DNA of 64,000 nt, from NCBI GenBank assembly GCA_963743805.1, contig CAVUQY010000005.1:1075505-1139504 (forward strand). The letters are read 5' to 3'. Numbering within the stretch: the first letter of the stretch is position 1; the number at the start of each line of letters is the position of its first letter. A program made the translations under genes and the position numbers. Below the pieces are notes generated by a model. The model worked only from the letters and a program-made list of their open reading frames with translations, had not been told where the DNA came from and made no database searches. Shown piece after piece: positions 8,239-23,235 of the stretch. This stretch comes from an uncultured beta proteobacterium (GTDB lineage Bacteria > Pseudomonadota > Gammaproteobacteria > Burkholderiales > SG8-39).

Positions 8239-9306
8239 TCAGGCGAGCCAGCGCTCGAGGTTCGCGCGCACGAACGCCGTATCGTCCAGCTCGGGATAGG
8301 CGGCCATCACCCGCGCGATCTCGTCGGCCTGCCCGGGCGAGAGGCCCTCGTCCGGGTCGAGGCACCAGGTGCCCGCGAAGAGCCCCTGACGGCGCAGCAC
8401 CTCGTGGCAGCCCGCGATGCAGCCGGCGAAGTCGTGCGCCACGTCGAAGAGCGCGCCGTTCGCGTCGGTGACGCGTCCGTCGAGCTCGAGGATCTCGAGC
8501 GGAACGGCGCCCCGCGCGACGACGAGGTGGACGATCCGCAGGAGCTCGACCGCGGTCTTCGTCCAGACGCTCCAGTGGCCGAGCAGCCCGCCCCGGATGC
8601 GTACCGACACCTCCGCGCCGTCGCGCCGGAGCGAGTACGGCGTGACGAGGTCGAGCACGATGTGATCGTCGTTGCCGGTGTAGAGCGTGATGCGGTCCTC
8701 GGCGCGCGCGGCGACCACGCCGCGTACGACGTCGAGCGTCCGATAGCGGTTGAACGGCGCGACCTTTATCGCCACGACGTTCTCGATCTCCGCGAAGCGC
8801 TGCCAGAATCGCGTGGAGAGCGGGATTCCGCCGACCGCGGGCTGCAGATAGAACCCGACGAGCGGCATCTCGCGCGACACCGCCAGGCAGTGGGCGATGA
8901 GCTCGTCCTCGGCGGCGCCCTTCATCGCGGCGAGCGAGAGCAGGCCCGCGTGGTAGCCGATCCCGCGCGCGAGCTCCGCTTCGCGGCACGCCTGCGCGGT
9001 CGGGCCGGCGATGCCGGCGATCATCACCATCGGCCGGTCGGTCCACGCGCCGACCGTGTCCATGGCGAGCCGCAGCACCGGCTCGTACAGGCCGGCCTCG
9101 CGGATCGCGAACTGCGTCGCGTGCACGCCCACGGCGAGCCCGCCGGCGCCGGCGTCGACGTAGTAGCGGGTCAGCGCCCGCTGGCGACGCGCGTCGAGGC
9201 GGCGCTCGGCGTCGAGCGCGAGCAGGTGCGCGGGAATGACCACGCCGCGGCGAAGCGACCCGAGAACCTCCGGGGGAATGTCGTCGATGCGACGGACGGT
9301 GGGCAC
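8239..9306 (-). CDS. Dihydrodipicolinate synthase (DHDPS/NAL)-family aldolase/dehydratase
   Basis: GVVIPAH.LALD, GLAVGVHATQF, FYLQP and Schiff-base Lys in VVAIKVAPF; GTG start after AAGGAGG. Confidence 0.8.
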   Translation of the reverse strand: MPTVRRIDDIPPEVLGSLRRGVVIPAHLLALDAERRLDARRQRALTRYYVDAGAGGLAVGVHATQFAIREAGLYEPVLRLAMDTVGAWTDRPMVMIAGIAGPTAQACREAELARGIGYHAGLLSLAAMKGAAEDELIAHCLAVSREMPLVGFYLQPAVGGIPLSTRFWQRFAEIENVVAIKVAPFNRYRTLDVVRGVVAARAEDRITLYTGNDDHIVLDLVTPYSLRRDGAEVSVRIRGGLLGHWSVWTKTAVELLRIVHLVVARGAVPLEILELDGRVTDANGALFDVAHDFAGCIAGCHEVLRRQGLFAGTWCLDPDEGLSPGQADEIARVMAAYPELDDTAFVRANLERWLA

Positions 9307-9316
9307 CACCCCTCCT

Positions 9317-10184
9317 TCAGCCGAGCTCCGGCCCGGCGATCGCGATCGCGAAGTTCGGATCGCCGAACGGCTCGGCGCGCCGGTAAACCATGCGGCGGAA
9401 CGTGCGCTGCGGCGTGAACCCGCGCCCCTCGAGGGCGGCCCGCAGGCCGGGGCGCAGGTCGACCAGGTCGAGGACGAACGGCCCCGGCGCACGGGCGACC
9501 GCGTAGTCGACCATCGCGAGGGCGACCGCGGGCTCGGAGGCGACGACCGGTCCGAGCTGCGTGGCCGTATGGCCGAAACGCCCGAGCAGGAAGCCGGCCG
9601 ACCCGGGCGTCCAGCCGACGACCGCGAGCTGCGGCGCGCGCTCGATGAGCCGGGCGATCACGGCGCGGCGCTCGGTGCCGAAGGCGCGATGATCGAGTGC
9701 GGTCACCGCGTCCAGATCGCTCAAGCCGGCGGCGCGCAGCTCGGGCGCATGATCGCCCACCGCGCCCTGGACCCGGCCGGTGCCGGGCCTCACCAGCCGC
9801 GTGATCGGCCACGTGTCGCGAAACCCGAGGCGCGCATACACGTCGCGGCCGGCCGGCGTCGCGTCCAGGCCGGGGACGAGCCCCTGCGCGGCGAGGTCCT
9901 CGATGCCGTGCAGGACGAGCTGCGCTGCAAGGCCGCGGTGACGCGCGGGTGCGGTGACGATGATCATGCTGATCCAGCCGAACTCCCGGCCGAGCGGCAG
10001 CGTCGCGCCGGTCGCTCGCACCGCCCCCGCCGGCCCGTCGACGCCGTACAGATGGCCGAGCTCGAGGAAGATCCGCCAGTCGGCTTCGACCTGGTTCCAG
10101 CCCGCCTCGAAGGACAGCTGCTGGACGGCGTCGAGGTCGGCGACGCCGAGCGGCGCGGATGGAGACGATCTCAGTAGTTGCCAT
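9317..10184 (-). CDS. Tandem GNAT-family N-acetyltransferase (apparent frameshift near 10155)
   Basis: MATTEIVSIR.. continues in another frame as LGVADLD..GWNQ..DW; acetyl-CoA motif ARHRGLA and LDATPAGRDVYARLGF. Confidence 0.75.
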
Positions 10185-11197
10185 CGCGGACCTCGAAGTG
10201 CGTGTCCTTGCCGAGCGACGGCATCCCGCGCGCGACCCAGTCCGCGGTCCAGTCGATCAGGCGCTCGAGCGGCACTTCGGGCGGGCCGAACAGCCGTTGC
10301 GCCGCCGTCGTGTTCACCAGCCACGCCGTGTCGGACTCGGTCCCCGCGAGGACCGGCGTGACGCCCAGGCGTTCGCCGAACGCGGCCGCAAGGGCACGGA
10401 TGCTCACGGGGGTCGGGCCGCTCACGTTGAGCCCGCTCGTCGGCGCGGTGCAGTGCGCGAGCGCACGCAGCGCCTGAGCGTTCGCGTCGCCCTGCCAGAT
10501 GACGTTCGCGTGCCCCATCGCCAGATCGATCGGCTCGCGCGCGAGCACCTTGCGCGCCACGTCGTGCAGCACGCCGTAGCGCATGTCGATCGCGTAGGAG
10601 AGCCGGATCAGGCGGCCCGGCGTGCCGTGGCGCTGCGAGAAGTGCTGGAACATGCGCTCGCGCGCCACGCAGGAGTTCGCATACTCGCCCGGACGGGGGC
10701 GTGGTCGGCGTGTCCTCGGTCGCGCCGCCGCCCGTCACCGGCACGAACGGATACACGCAGGCGGTCGAGAAGGCGACGATGCGCGAGTGCGCGAACCGCT
10801 CGGCGACGATCGCCGGCACGAGCGCGTTCATCGCCCAGGTGAGGTGCTCGGCGCCGGTCGAGCCGAACTTGCGGCCGGCCATGAAGACGACGTTCGGCGC
10901 CGCCGGCAGGCGCGCCACGGCGGCGCGATCGAGGAGGTCGCATTCGATCGTGTGCACGCCGACGGCCGTCAGCGCCGACCGCAGGCCCGGCTCGCTGAAG
11001 CGCGCGACGCCGATCACCTCGCGCTCGGGCACCGCGCGCTTCGCCAGGCGCGCGAGCGTCGGTCCCATCTTGCCGCCCACGCCGAGCAGCAGGATGTCGC
11101 CCGGCGCGCGCTCGAGGTCCGCGACGAGCGCCGCCGACGGCGTCGTCATCACCTCCTCGAGGTGCTCGACCGATTCGAAGCGCTCGGGCAGCCGCAT
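10171..11197 (-). CDS. NAD-dependent epimerase/dehydratase (extended SDR; apparent frameshift near 10695)
   Basis: LLGVGGKMG Rossmann motif, MAGRKFG, STACVYP; continues in ORF 10171..10668. Confidence 0.8.
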
Positions 11198-11304
11198 GCG
11201 AAGGCCTCGCGGACTACGCCCGCCGGTGCTCGCCGACCCAAGGGATTTAGCGCCGGCCGCTGCGCTTAACGTGCTCGCACATTAGCCTCCGCTGAGATCC
11301 CTTG

Positions 11305-12774
11305 TCAGGCGCGGCGATGCTCGCCGACCTTGACGATCTTCATCGTGTTCGTCCCGCCGGACGCGCCGATCGGCTCGCCGAAGGAGATGACGATCAGGTC
11401 GCCCGGCCCCACCACGCCGTTCTTCACCAGCACGCTCTCGGCTTCCTCGAGCAGCGCCTCGCGGTCGTGGCCCTGGTAGCTCACGGTGATCGGCGCGACG
11501 TCGCGGAAGAGGCTCACCCGGTAGCGCGTCGAGGTCTGCGACGTCAGGGCATAGATCGGCACGCCGCAGTTCAGGCGCGACATCCAGAGCGCGGTCGAGC
11601 CGGACTCGGTCAGCGCGGCGATCGCCTTGACCTTGAGGTGGTACGCCGTGAACAGCGCCGCCATTGCGATCGACTGGTCGATGCGCGTGAACAGGCGGTC
11701 GAGGAACTCGCGGTCGAGGTGCAGGGGCTGGCTTCTCTCCGCCTCGACGCAGATGCGGCTCATCGCCTCGATGGTCTCGACCGGGTACTTGCCGGCCGCG
11801 GTCTCCGCCGAGAGCATCACCGCATCGGTGCCGTCGAGCACCGCGTTCGCGACGTCGGAGACCTCGGCGCGCGTCGGCACCGGGCTCGCGATCATCGATT
11901 CCATCATCTGCGTGGCGGTGATCGTCAGCCGGTTGTGCTCGCGCGCGAGGTGGATCATGCGCTTCTGCAGGGCCGGCACCGACGCATCGCCGACCTCCAC
12001 CGCGAGGTCGCCGCGCGCGACCATGATGCCGTCGCAGGCCGAAAGGATGTCCTCGAACGCCTCGCGGCCGACCGCCTCCGCGCGCTCGATCTTCGCGATC
12101 AGGAACGACCTGCCGCCCGCGGCCCGCAGCAACTCGCGCGCCATGTACATGTCCTTGCCGCTCTTGGGGAACGAGACCGCGAGGTAGTCGGCGTTGATGC
12201 CCGCCGCGAGGCGGATGTCCTCCATGTCCTTCGCGGTGAGCGCGGGCGCGGTCAGGCCGCCGCCGAGGCGGTTGATGCCCTTGTTGTTCGAGAGCACCCC
12301 GCCGTGCCGCACCCGGCTGTGGATCTCGCGCCCGGCCACGCGCTCGACCTCGAAGACGATCTTGCCGTCGTCGAGCAGCAGCACGTCGCCGGGCCGCACG
12401 TCCTGCGGCAGCTCCTTGTAGTCGAGGCCGGCGCGCGTCTGGTCGCCGAGCTCGCACTCGGCATCCAGGACGAACCGGTCGCCCGGGCTCAGGGTGACGC
12501 GCCCGTCCTTGAATTTGCCGACGCGGATCTTCGGGCCCTGCAGGTCGGCCATGATGCCGACGGTACGCCCGGTCTTGCGGCACAGGTCCCGGACGAGCTG
12601 GGCGCGCGCACGGTGGTCATCGGGGGTGCCGTGCGAGAAATTCATCCGCACGACGTCGACGCCGGCGCGGATCATGCGTTCGAGTACCGCGGGATCGCTC
12701 GATGCGGGTCCGAGCGTGGCGACGATCTTGGTGCTGCGCCGGCGTTCGTGCGCCGGGGTCTGGTGGGACAGCAT
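11305..12774 (-). CDS. pyk: Pyruvate kinase
   Basis: TKIVATLGPAS, RMNFSHG, DLQGPKIR, IAKIERAEA, MVARGDL and ATQMMESM motifs. Confidence 0.97.
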   Translation of the reverse strand: MLSHQTPAHERRRSTKIVATLGPASSDPAVLERMIRAGVDVVRMNFSHGTPDDHRARAQLVRDLCRKTGRTVGIMADLQGPKIRVGKFKDGRVTLSPGDRFVLDAECELGDQTRAGLDYKELPQDVRPGDVLLLDDGKIVFEVERVAGREIHSRVRHGGVLSNNKGINRLGGGLTAPALTAKDMEDIRLAAGINADYLAVSFPKSGKDMYMARELLRAAGGRSFLIAKIERAEAVGREAFEDILSACDGIMVARGDLAVEVGDASVPALQKRMIHLAREHNRLTITATQMMESMIASPVPTRAEVSDVANAVLDGTDAVMLSAETAAGKYPVETIEAMSRICVEAERSQPLHLDREFLDRLFTRIDQSIAMAALFTAYHLKVKAIAALTESGSTALWMSRLNCGVPIYALTSQTSTRYRVSLFRDVAPITVSYQGHDREALLEEAESVLVKNGVVGPGDLIVISFGEPIGASGGTNTMKIVKVGEHRRA

Positions 12775-12868
12775 GCGGCTCCTGGTCGTTCTTGTTCGTG
12801 GCGTCACGTTACGACAGCGGGCGGGGACCCGCAAGCCGCGGTCCCCGAAAGGGCGGGGAGCGGGCGCG

Positions 12869-14057
<1,189 letters not shown>

Positions 14058-14120
14058 CGGTGCGGAGAAGGAAGAGGTGAGGAAGGGCGGGCGCCGCGGG
14101 GGCGGCGCCCGCTCGGACCC

Positions 14121-15159
14121 TTACGCGGCCGCTTTCTGGGCGACGGCCCCGGCCTTCATGAAGGCGACGGTCGTGTCGAGCATGCGGTTCGAGAAGCCCC
14201 ACTCGTTGTCGTACCACGAGCACACCTTCACCAGCGTGCCCTCCGAGACCTTCGTCAGCGTCGCATCGAAGATCGACGAGGCCGGATGGTGGTTGAAATC
14301 GATCGAGACCAGCGGGTCCTTGTTGTAGACGAGGATGCCCTTCAGGTCGGTGTCCGCGGCCTGCTTCACCGCCGCATTCACCTCGTCGACCGTGGTCGCC
14401 CGCTTGGCGACGAAGGCGAGGTCGACGACCGAGACGTTGATCGTCGGCACGCGCATCGCGTACCCGTCGAGCTTGCCGTTCAGCTCGGGCAGCACCAGCC
14501 CGACCGCCGCCGCGGCGCCGGTCTTGGTCGGGATCATCGACATCGTCGCCGAGCGCGCCCGGCGCAGGTCCTTGTGATAGACGTCGGTGAGGACCTGGTC
14601 GTTCGTGTAGGCGTGAATCGTGGTCATCAGCCCGTTCACGACGCCGATGCGGTCGTGCAGCGCCTTGACGAGCGGCGCGAGGCAGTTGGTGGTGCACGAG
14701 GCGTTCGAGATCACCGTGTGCGCGGCCTTCAGGACCCCGTGGTTGACGCCGTAGACGATCGTCGCATCGACGTCCTTGTCGCCCGGCGCCGAGATGATCA
14801 CCTTCTTCGCGCCGGCCGTGATGTGCGCCGAGGTCTTGTCCTTGCTGGTGAAGAGGCCGGTGCACTCGAGCACCACGTCGACGCCGAGCTCCTTCCACGG
14901 CAGCTGGGCCGGGTCGCTTCTGCGCGCAGACGCGGATGCGGTCGCCGTTCACCACCAGGAAGTCGCCGTCCACCTCGACGGTGCCGGGAAAGCGGCCGTG
15001 CGCGGTGTCGTACTTGGTCAGGTGCGCGTTGGTCTGCGCGTCGCCGAGGTCGTTGAGCGCGACGATCTGGAGGTCGTGCTTCTTCCCGCCCTCGTAGTGG
15101 GCGCGCAGGATGTTGCGGCCGATGCGGCCGTAGCCGTTGATTGCGACTCGGATCGTCAT
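14121..15159 (-). CDS. gap: Type I glyceraldehyde-3-phosphate dehydrogenase (apparent frameshift near 14920)
   Basis: [19 protein letters not shown] and WYDNEWG motifs. Confidence 0.96.
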
Positions 15160-15178
15160 GGATGTGTCCTCATTTTCG

Positions 15179-17215
<2,037 letters not shown>

Positions 17216-17307
17216 CGTGGCGGATCCGGTGGGTCGGGCGGGGCGGGAAGCGTTCGATTATCGCGGAAGCGGGCGGGTTTTTCCACGCCGCCGGCTGGAC
17301 CGGCGAA

Positions 17308-18219
17308 TCAGGAGGCGGTGGCCGACGCCTTGGCGGCCGTCGCGCCGAGCGCGCGGCGCCGGACGTCGACCAGCTTGAGGATCAGCGGCGTGAGAATGAG
17401 CTGCAGCGCGAGCTCCATCTTGCCGCCGGGCACCACGATCACGTTGGCACGCGACATGAACGCATCGTCGATCATCGACAGGAGGTACGGGAAGTCGATG
17501 CCCCGCGGGTTCGCGAAGCGGATGACGACGAAGCTCTCGTCCGCCGACGGGATCCAGCGCGCGATGAACGGGTTCGACGTGTCGACCGTGGGCACGCGCT
17601 GGAAGTTGATGTGCGTGCGCGAGAACTGCGGGCAGATGTAGTTCACGTAGTCGGGCATGCGCCGCAGGACGGTGTCGACCACCGCCTCGGTCGAGTAGCC
17701 GCGCATCGACTTGTCGCGGTGCAGCTTCTGGATCCATTCCAGGTTGATGATCGGCACCACGCCGATGACGAGATCGGCGTAGCGCGCGACGTCCACGTTG
17801 CCGGTGGCCACCGCGCCGTGCAGGCCCTCGTAGTACAGCAGGTCGGTGCCCTGCGGGATCTCTTCCCACTGCGTGAACGTGCCCGGCTCCTGGCGGTAGG
17901 GTGCGGCCTCCTCCTCGTTGTGCAGGTACTTGCGCAACCGGCCGGTGCCGCTCTCGCCGTAGCCGCGGAACAGGCCCTCGAGGGTCTCGAAGAGATTCGC
18001 CTCCGGACCGAAGTGGCTGAAATTGGCGTTGCCCTGCTTCGCCGCCTCGGCCATCGCGGCCTTCATGCCCTTGCGATCGTAGCGATGGAACGAGTCGCCC
18101 TCCGCGACCGCCGCCTTGATGCCCTCGCGCTCGAAGATGTACTGGAACGTGCGGGTGATCGAGGACGTGCCCGCGCCGGACGAGCCGGTGACGGCGATGA
18201 TGGGATGCTTGGTCGACAT
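17308..18219 (-). CDS. cbbP: Phosphoribulokinase (proteobacterial class I)
   Basis: [30 protein letters not shown] and [13 protein letters not shown] motifs. Confidence 0.97.
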   Translation of the reverse strand: MSTKHPIIAVTGSSGAGTSSITRTFQYIFEREGIKAAVAEGDSFHRYDRKGMKAAMAEAAKQGNANFSHFGPEANLFETLEGLFRGYGESGTGRLRKYLHNEEEAAPYRQEPGTFTQWEEIPQGTDLLYYEGLHGAVATGNVDVARYADLVIGVVPIINLEWIQKLHRDKSMRGYSTEAVVDTVLRRMPDYVNYICPQFSRTHINFQRVPTVDTSNPFIARWIPSADESFVVIRFANPRGIDFPYLLSMIDDAFMSRANVIVVPGGKMELALQLILTPLILKLVDVRRRALGATAAKASATAS

Positions 18220-18230
18220 GGCTAGTTCTC

Positions 18231-18317
18231 CACGCTACGAGAGGGCAGAGCCGCTGCGCGGCGCCCCCTCGTGCTCCCCGAAGTCGGGGAAAGCGCCGCC
18301 TGCGGCGTCGGTTTCAC
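18231..18317 (-). repeat. 87-bp structured intergenic repeat, copy 1 (between fbp and cbbP)
   Basis: Ungapped ~85-89% identity, by manual alignment, to 32954-33040 and the reverse complement of 48031-48117. Confidence 0.9.
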
Positions 18318-18326
18318 ACTGGGACA

Positions 18327-19404
18327 TCACGAGGGCGCGAACAGCGACCGCTCCCGGAAGAGCGGCGACGTGTACGGCTGGTCGAGACCGGCCGCGTGCT
18401 CCTGGTGGTAACGCTCGATGCGCTCGACCTCGTTCTTCGAGCCGAGGATCACCGGGACGCGCTGGTGCAGCTCGGCGGGCTGCTCCTCGAGCAGCCGCCC
18501 CTGGCCGGTCGAGGCGGCGCCGCCCGCCTGCTCGACGATCATCGCCATCGGGTTCGCCTCGTAGAGCAGGCGCAGCCGCCCGGGTTTGGCGGCGTCCTTG
18601 GTGTCCTTGCGGGTACATGAACAGACCGCCGCGGACGAGAATGCGGTGCACCTCGGCGACGAGCGAGGCGATCCAGCGCATGTTGAAGTCGGCGCCGCGC
18701 GGACCGCTCCGTCCCGCCACGCACTCGGCGACGTAGCGCTTTACCGGCGGCTCCCAGAAGCGCTCGTTCGAGGTGTTGATCGCGAACTCGCGCGTGTCCG
18801 CCGGAATGCGCATGCCGGGATGCGTGAGGATGAACTCGCCGAAGCCGCGATCGAGCGTGAAGCCGTGCGTGCCGTGCCCGACGGTGAGCACGAGCATCGT
18901 GGTGGGGCCGTAGATCGCGTAGCCGGCGCAGACCTGCTGCGTACCGGGCTGCAGGAAGTCGCGCGCCTGCGGACGATCGACGCCGGGCGGCGCGCGCAGC
19001 ACCGAGAAGATGCTGCCGACCGAGACGTTGACGTCGATGTTGGACGAGCCGTCGAGCGGGTCGAAGGCGAGCAGGTACCGGCCGCGCGGAAAGGCGTCGG
19101 GAATCGGGTAGGGCTCGGCCATCTCCTCGGACACCATCCCCGCGAGATGCCCGCCGTACTCGAGCGTGCGCAGGAACACCTCGTTCGCGCCCACGTCGAG
19201 CTTCGCCTGGCGCTCGCCCTGCACGTTGGTGGCGCCGGCCTCCCCCAGCGCGCCGTCGAGCGCGCCGCGGCCGACCATGAAGCCGACGCGCTTGCACGCG
19301 ATCCGGATGTGGTTGAGGAGCGCGGTGAAGTCGCCGGTCGCCTGCGGCGAGCGGCGCTGCTCCTCCATGATGAACTCGGTGAGCGTCTTCTCGCGCGTGA
19401 CCAT
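18327..19404 (-). CDS. fbp: Class 1 fructose-1,6-bisphosphatase (apparent frameshift near 18610)
   Basis: [27 protein letters not shown] and [12 protein letters not shown]; C-terminus in ORF 18327..18548. Confidence 0.94.
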
Positions 19405-19433
19405 CTTCGTGCCTCCCCGGCCGGCGCGCGCCT

Positions 19434-20219
19434 TCAGGCGGCGCGCTCGAGCGATCCGCCGGACGCCGCGGCGTGCAGCCGCGCCAGCGCGGCGAGCGTC
19501 AGCCACTTCGCCCCGATGCGCTCCTGCGCGGCGGCGTCGACCGGTGCGCGCGGATCGCCGAGGCTGTGCAGCACCAGGTCCGCGCCGTGGAAGTCCTGGG
19601 TCGCGGTCCAGATCGTCGGCGTCACGACCGTGAAGAGTCCAGCCGCTTTTGCCGCGCGAACGCCGTTGCCGGAGTCCTCGAACGCGACGCACGCAGCGGC
19701 CGGCACGCCGAGCTCCGCGAGCGCGAGATTGTAGATGTCGGGCGCGGGCTTCTTCGTCTCGACCTGGTCGCCGCAGGCGATCACGGCGAAATCGCGCAGC
19801 GTCTCGGGCCCGAGGTTCGAGGCGACCAGCGCCTCGACGTTCGCGGCGGTCGTCGTCGACGCGATGGCGAGCCGCACGCCCGCCTCCTTCGCCTCGCGGA
19901 TCAGCCGCGCGACGCCGGGCCGGAACCGCGCGCGCCCGTCGGCGATCAGCTCGGTGAACAGGCGCGTCTTCTCGCGATGGATGGCGGGGACGAGCTGACG
20001 GAGGCGCGCGCGCTCGGACTCGGCCACATCGAGCGTCTCCACGTAGTGCGCGACGCGCTCCTTCCCCCCGGAGATGGAGAGGAGCTCGGCATACTGCTGC
20101 GGACCCCAGTCCCACCACAGCTCGAACTGGATGAACGCGGCGTTGAACGCCTGGCGATGCGTCTCCTCGGTGTCGGCCAGCGTGCCGTCGACGTCGAAGA
20201 TCAGCGCTTGCAGGGTCAT
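19434..20219 (-). CDS. cbbY: CbbY HAD-family phosphatase (xylulose-1,5-bisphosphate phosphatase-like)
   Basis: [31 protein letters not shown] and EDS motifs; inside the cbb operon. Confidence 0.88.
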   Translation of the reverse strand: MTLQALIFDVDGTLADTEETHRQAFNAAFIQFELWWDWGPQQYAELLSISGGKERVAHYVETLDVAESERARLRQLVPAIHREKTRLFTELIADGRARFRPGVARLIREAKEAGVRLAIASTTTAANVEALVASNLGPETLRDFAVIACGDQVETKKPAPDIYNLALAELGVPAAACVAFEDSGNGVRAAKAAGLFTVVTPTIWTATQDFHGADLVLHSLGDPRAPVDAAAQERIGAKWLTLAALARLHAAASGGSLERAA

Positions 20220-20242
20220 TCGAACCTCCTCGCAGTTGACGG

Positions 20243-21307
20243 TCAGTGCACCACCGGGTCCAGCTCGCCGCGCACGTAGCGCTCGGCCATCGTGTCGAGC
20301 GCGATCGGGGCGATCTTCCCCGCCTGCCCGGCGCACCCGAACTGCTCGAACCGCTGCTTGCAGATCGCCTTGGCGGCGAGCATCGCTTCCTTGAGCGGCT
20401 TGCGCGGGTCGAAATCGTCGGGATGCTGCGCCAGGTAGCGCCGCATCGCACCGGTCATCGCGAGCCGGATGTCGGTGTCGATGTTGACCTTGCGCACGCC
20501 GTGCCGGATGCCTTCGCGGATCTCCTCGACCGGCACGCCGTAGGTCTCCTTGATCTTGCCGCCGAACTCGCGGATGACGTCCAGCCACTCCTGCGGCACC
20601 GACGAGGAGCCGTGCATCACCAGGTGCGTATTGGGAATGCGCTCGTGGATCGCCTTGATGCGCCCGATCGCGAGGATGTCGCCGGTCGGTTTCCGGGAGA
20701 ACTTATACGCACCGTGTGACGTGCCGATGGCGATCGCCAGCGCGTCGACGCCGGTCTTCTTCACGAAGTCGGCCGCCTGCTCCGGATCGGTGAGGAGCTG
20801 ATCGTGCGAGAGCTTGCCCTCCGCGCCCGAGCCGTCCTCCTTGCCCGCAGTGCCGGTCTCGAGCGAGCCGAGCACGCCGAGCTCGCCCTCGACCGAGACC
20901 CCGACCGCGTGCGCAATCTCCACCACCTTGCGGGTGACGGCGACGTTGTAGTCGTAGGGCGCGGGCGTCTTCATGTCTTCCTTCAGCGACCCGTCCATCA
21001 TGACGCTCGTGAACCCGGAGCGAATTGACTTCTGACAAACCGCGGGGCTCCCGCCGTGGTCCTGGTGGATCGCGACCGGGATGTGCGGGTACTGCTCGGC
21101 CGCCGCGAGCACCATGTGGCGCAGGAACGCCTCGCCGGCGTACTTCCGGGCGCCGGCCGAGCCCTGCATGATCACCGGGCTCGCGGTCTCGTCGGCCGCC
21201 TGCATGATCGCCTGGATCTGTTCCAGGTTGTTGACGTTGAAGGCGGGGATGCCGTAGGCGTGCTCGGCGGCGTGGTCCAGGAGCTGGCGCATGGAGATCA
21301 GGGCCAT
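20243..21307 (-). CDS. fba: Class II fructose-bisphosphate aldolase (CbbA type)
   Basis: [28 protein letters not shown] and KVNIDTD motifs. Confidence 0.97.
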   Translation of the reverse strand: MALISMRQLLDHAAEHAYGIPAFNVNNLEQIQAIMQAADETASPVIMQGSAGARKYAGEAFLRHMVLAAAEQYPHIPVAIHQDHGGSPAVCQKSIRSGFTSVMMDGSLKEDMKTPAPYDYNVAVTRKVVEIAHAVGVSVEGELGVLGSLETGTAGKEDGSGAEGKLSHDQLLTDPEQAADFVKKTGVDALAIAIGTSHGAYKFSRKPTGDILAIGRIKAIHERIPNTHLVMHGSSSVPQEWLDVIREFGGKIKETYGVPVEEIREGIRHGVRKVNIDTDIRLAMTGAMRRYLAQHPDDFDPRKPLKEAMLAAKAICKQRFEQFGCAGQAGKIAPIALDTMAERYVRGELDPVVH

Positions 21308-21316
21308 CGCCCTCTC

Positions 21317-21679
21317 CTACACGGCCTTGCCGCGGAAGATCACCATGGCCGCGCCCTGCGTCTGCTTCCGCTTGTCGTAGCCGACCAGGCGGACGTGGTT
21401 GCCGGGGTGGGCCTTGTGGCACGCCGCCGCCTCAGCGAGCACTTGCTCCGCGCGCGTCTCGCCGAACATCGGCAGCTTCCACATGTACCAGTACGAGCCG
21501 TCCGCGTTCTGCGGCTCGGTGTGCTCGATCGCCGGCGACCAGCCGCGCTTCACGAGATAGTCGACCTGCGCCCGGATCCGCTCCGGCGACATCGCCGGCA
21601 GGTAGGAAAAGGTCCCGAACTTGCGGCTCGCCGGGTCGCCCAGGCTCGATTTGTAGTCCTGCATCGTCGCGGTGCTCAT
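21317..21679 (-). CDS. cbbS: RubisCO small subunit, form IA
   Basis: [32 protein letters not shown] and HVRLVGYD; short green-type subunit. Confidence 0.97.
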   Translation of the reverse strand: MSTATMQDYKSSLGDPASRKFGTFSYLPAMSPERIRAQVDYLVKRGWSPAIEHTEPQNADGSYWYMWKLPMFGETRAEQVLAEAAACHKAHPGNHVRLVGYDKRKQTQGAAMVIFRGKAV

Positions 21680-21688
21680 GCCGTTCTC

Positions 21689-23110
21689 CTAAGCCGCTTG
21701 CGCAACGTCGAGCGTGTCGACGGTGTCGAACTCGAACTTGATCTCTTTCCAGGTCTCCATCGCGGCCTTGAGCTCCGGGCTCGACTTCGCCGCAGCGACC
21801 AGGATCTCCTTGCCTTCCTTCTCGAGGTCGCGGCCCTGGTTGCGCGCCTCGACGCAGGCCTCGAGCGCGACCCGGTTCGCCGCGGCGCCCGCCGCGTTGC
21901 CCCAGGGGTGGCCGAGCGTGCCGCCGCCGAACTGGAACACCGCGTCGTCGCCGAAGATCGCGAGCAGCGCCGGCATGTGCCAGACGTGGATGCCGCCGGA
22001 GGCCACCGCGAACGCGCCGGGCATCGAGCCCCAGTCCTGGTCGAAGAAGATCCCGCGCGAGCGGTCCTCCTTGACGTAGCGCTCGCGCAGGAGGTCGATC
22101 CAGCCGAGCGTCGCCTGCCGGTCGCCCTCGAGCTTGCCGACCACGGTGCCGGTGTGGAGGTGGTCGCCGCCGGAGAGCCGCAACGCCTTGAGCAGCACGC
22201 GGAAGTGGATGCCGTGGTGGCGATCGCGGTCGATCACCGCGTGCATCGCGCGATGGATGTGCAGCAGCATGCCGTTCTCGCGGCACCAGTTCGCGAGCCC
22301 GGTGTTGGCGCAGAATCCGCCGGTGAGGAAGTCGTGCATGATGATCGGCATGCCGAGCTCCTTGGCGAACGCGGCGCGCTTGTACATCTCCTCCGGCGTG
22401 GGCGCGGTGACATTCAGGTAGTGGCCCTTGCGCTCGCCGGTCTCGGCCTCCGCCTTGCGGATGGCCTCGGCGACGAAGCTGAACCGGTCGCGCCAGCGCA
22501 TGAACGGCTGCGAATTGACGTTCTCGTCGTCCTTGGTGAAGTCGAGCCCGCCGCGCAGGCACTCGTACACCGCGCGGCCGTAGTTCTTCGCCGACAGGCC
22601 GAGCTTCGGCTTGATGGTGCAGCCGAGCAGCGGCCGGCCGTACTTGTCCATCTTGTCGCGCTCGACCTGGATGCCGTGCGGCGGACCGCCGCAGGTCATC
22701 ACGTAGGCGATCGGGAAGCGCACGTCCTCGAGCCGCAGCGCGCGGATCGCCTTGAAGCCGAACACGTTGCCGACGAGCGAGGTGAACACGTTCACCACCG
22801 AGCCTTCCTCGAAGAGGTCGATCGGGTAGGCGATGAAGGCGTAGAAGCAGGTGTCGTCGCCGGGCACGTCCTCGATGCGGTAGGCGCGGCCCTTGTAGTG
22901 CTCGAGATCGGTCAGCAGGTCGGTCCAGACCGTGGTCCAGGTGCCGGTCGACGACTCGGCGGCGACGGCGGCCGCGGCTTCCTCGCGCGGAACGCCTGCC
23001 TGCGGCGTGATCTTGAAGCAGGCGAGGAGATCGGTGTCCTTCACCTGGTAGTCGGGTTCCCAGTAGGTGTGGCGGTACTCCTTGACGCCGGCGCTGTAGG
23101 CCTTGCCCAT
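21689..23110 (-). CDS. cbbL: RubisCO large subunit, form IA (green-like)
   Basis: [46 protein letters not shown] and SGGIH; 473 aa. Confidence 0.99.
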   Translation of the reverse strand: MGKAYSAGVKEYRHTYWEPDYQVKDTDLLACFKITPQAGVPREEAAAAVAAESSTGTWTTVWTDLLTDLEHYKGRAYRIEDVPGDDTCFYAFIAYPIDLFEEGSVVNVFTSLVGNVFGFKAIRALRLEDVRFPIAYVMTCGGPPHGIQVERDKMDKYGRPLLGCTIKPKLGLSAKNYGRAVYECLRGGLDFTKDDENVNSQPFMRWRDRFSFVAEAIRKAEAETGERKGHYLNVTAPTPEEMYKRAAFAKELGMPIIMHDFLTGGFCANTGLANWCRENGMLLHIHRAMHAVIDRDRHHGIHFRVLLKALRLSGGDHLHTGTVVGKLEGDRQATLGWIDLLRERYVKEDRSRGIFFDQDWGSMPGAFAVASGGIHVWHMPALLAIFGDDAVFQFGGGTLGHPWGNAAGAAANRVALEACVEARNQGRDLEKEGKEILVAAAKSSPELKAAMETWKEIKFEFDTVDTLDVAQAA

Positions 23111-23164
23111 CGGTGTTCTCCGTTTCGTTGGCGCTCGTTCGGGTGCAGCGACTGTAGGCCCGGC

Positions 23165-23223
23165 AATGCATAAGAGATAGTCACGATTTCTTATGCATTT
23201 GATAAGCTCTAGCCAGTACTTAT
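23165..23223. promoter_or_regulatory. CbbR (LysR) operator region between divergent cbbL and cbbR
   Basis: Perfect inverted repeat AATGCATAAGA (23165-23175) / TCTTATGCATT (23189-23199) plus ATAAG..CTTAT (23202-23223); AT-rich. Confidence 0.65.
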
Positions 23224-23235
23224 GGAGGCCTGCCG

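Noticed and set aside
9317-11197. 626-aa epimerase-GNAT fusion ORF
   Set aside because: Artefact of two indels: the middle is out-of-frame Arg/Ala-rich text, and the true epimerase C-terminus (10171..10668) and GNAT start (10184) are in other frames.
21689-23110. RubisCO-like protein (form IV) or carboxysomal operon
   Set aside because: Full catalytic motifs, an adjacent cbbS and prk show true form I; no csoS or shell genes are present.
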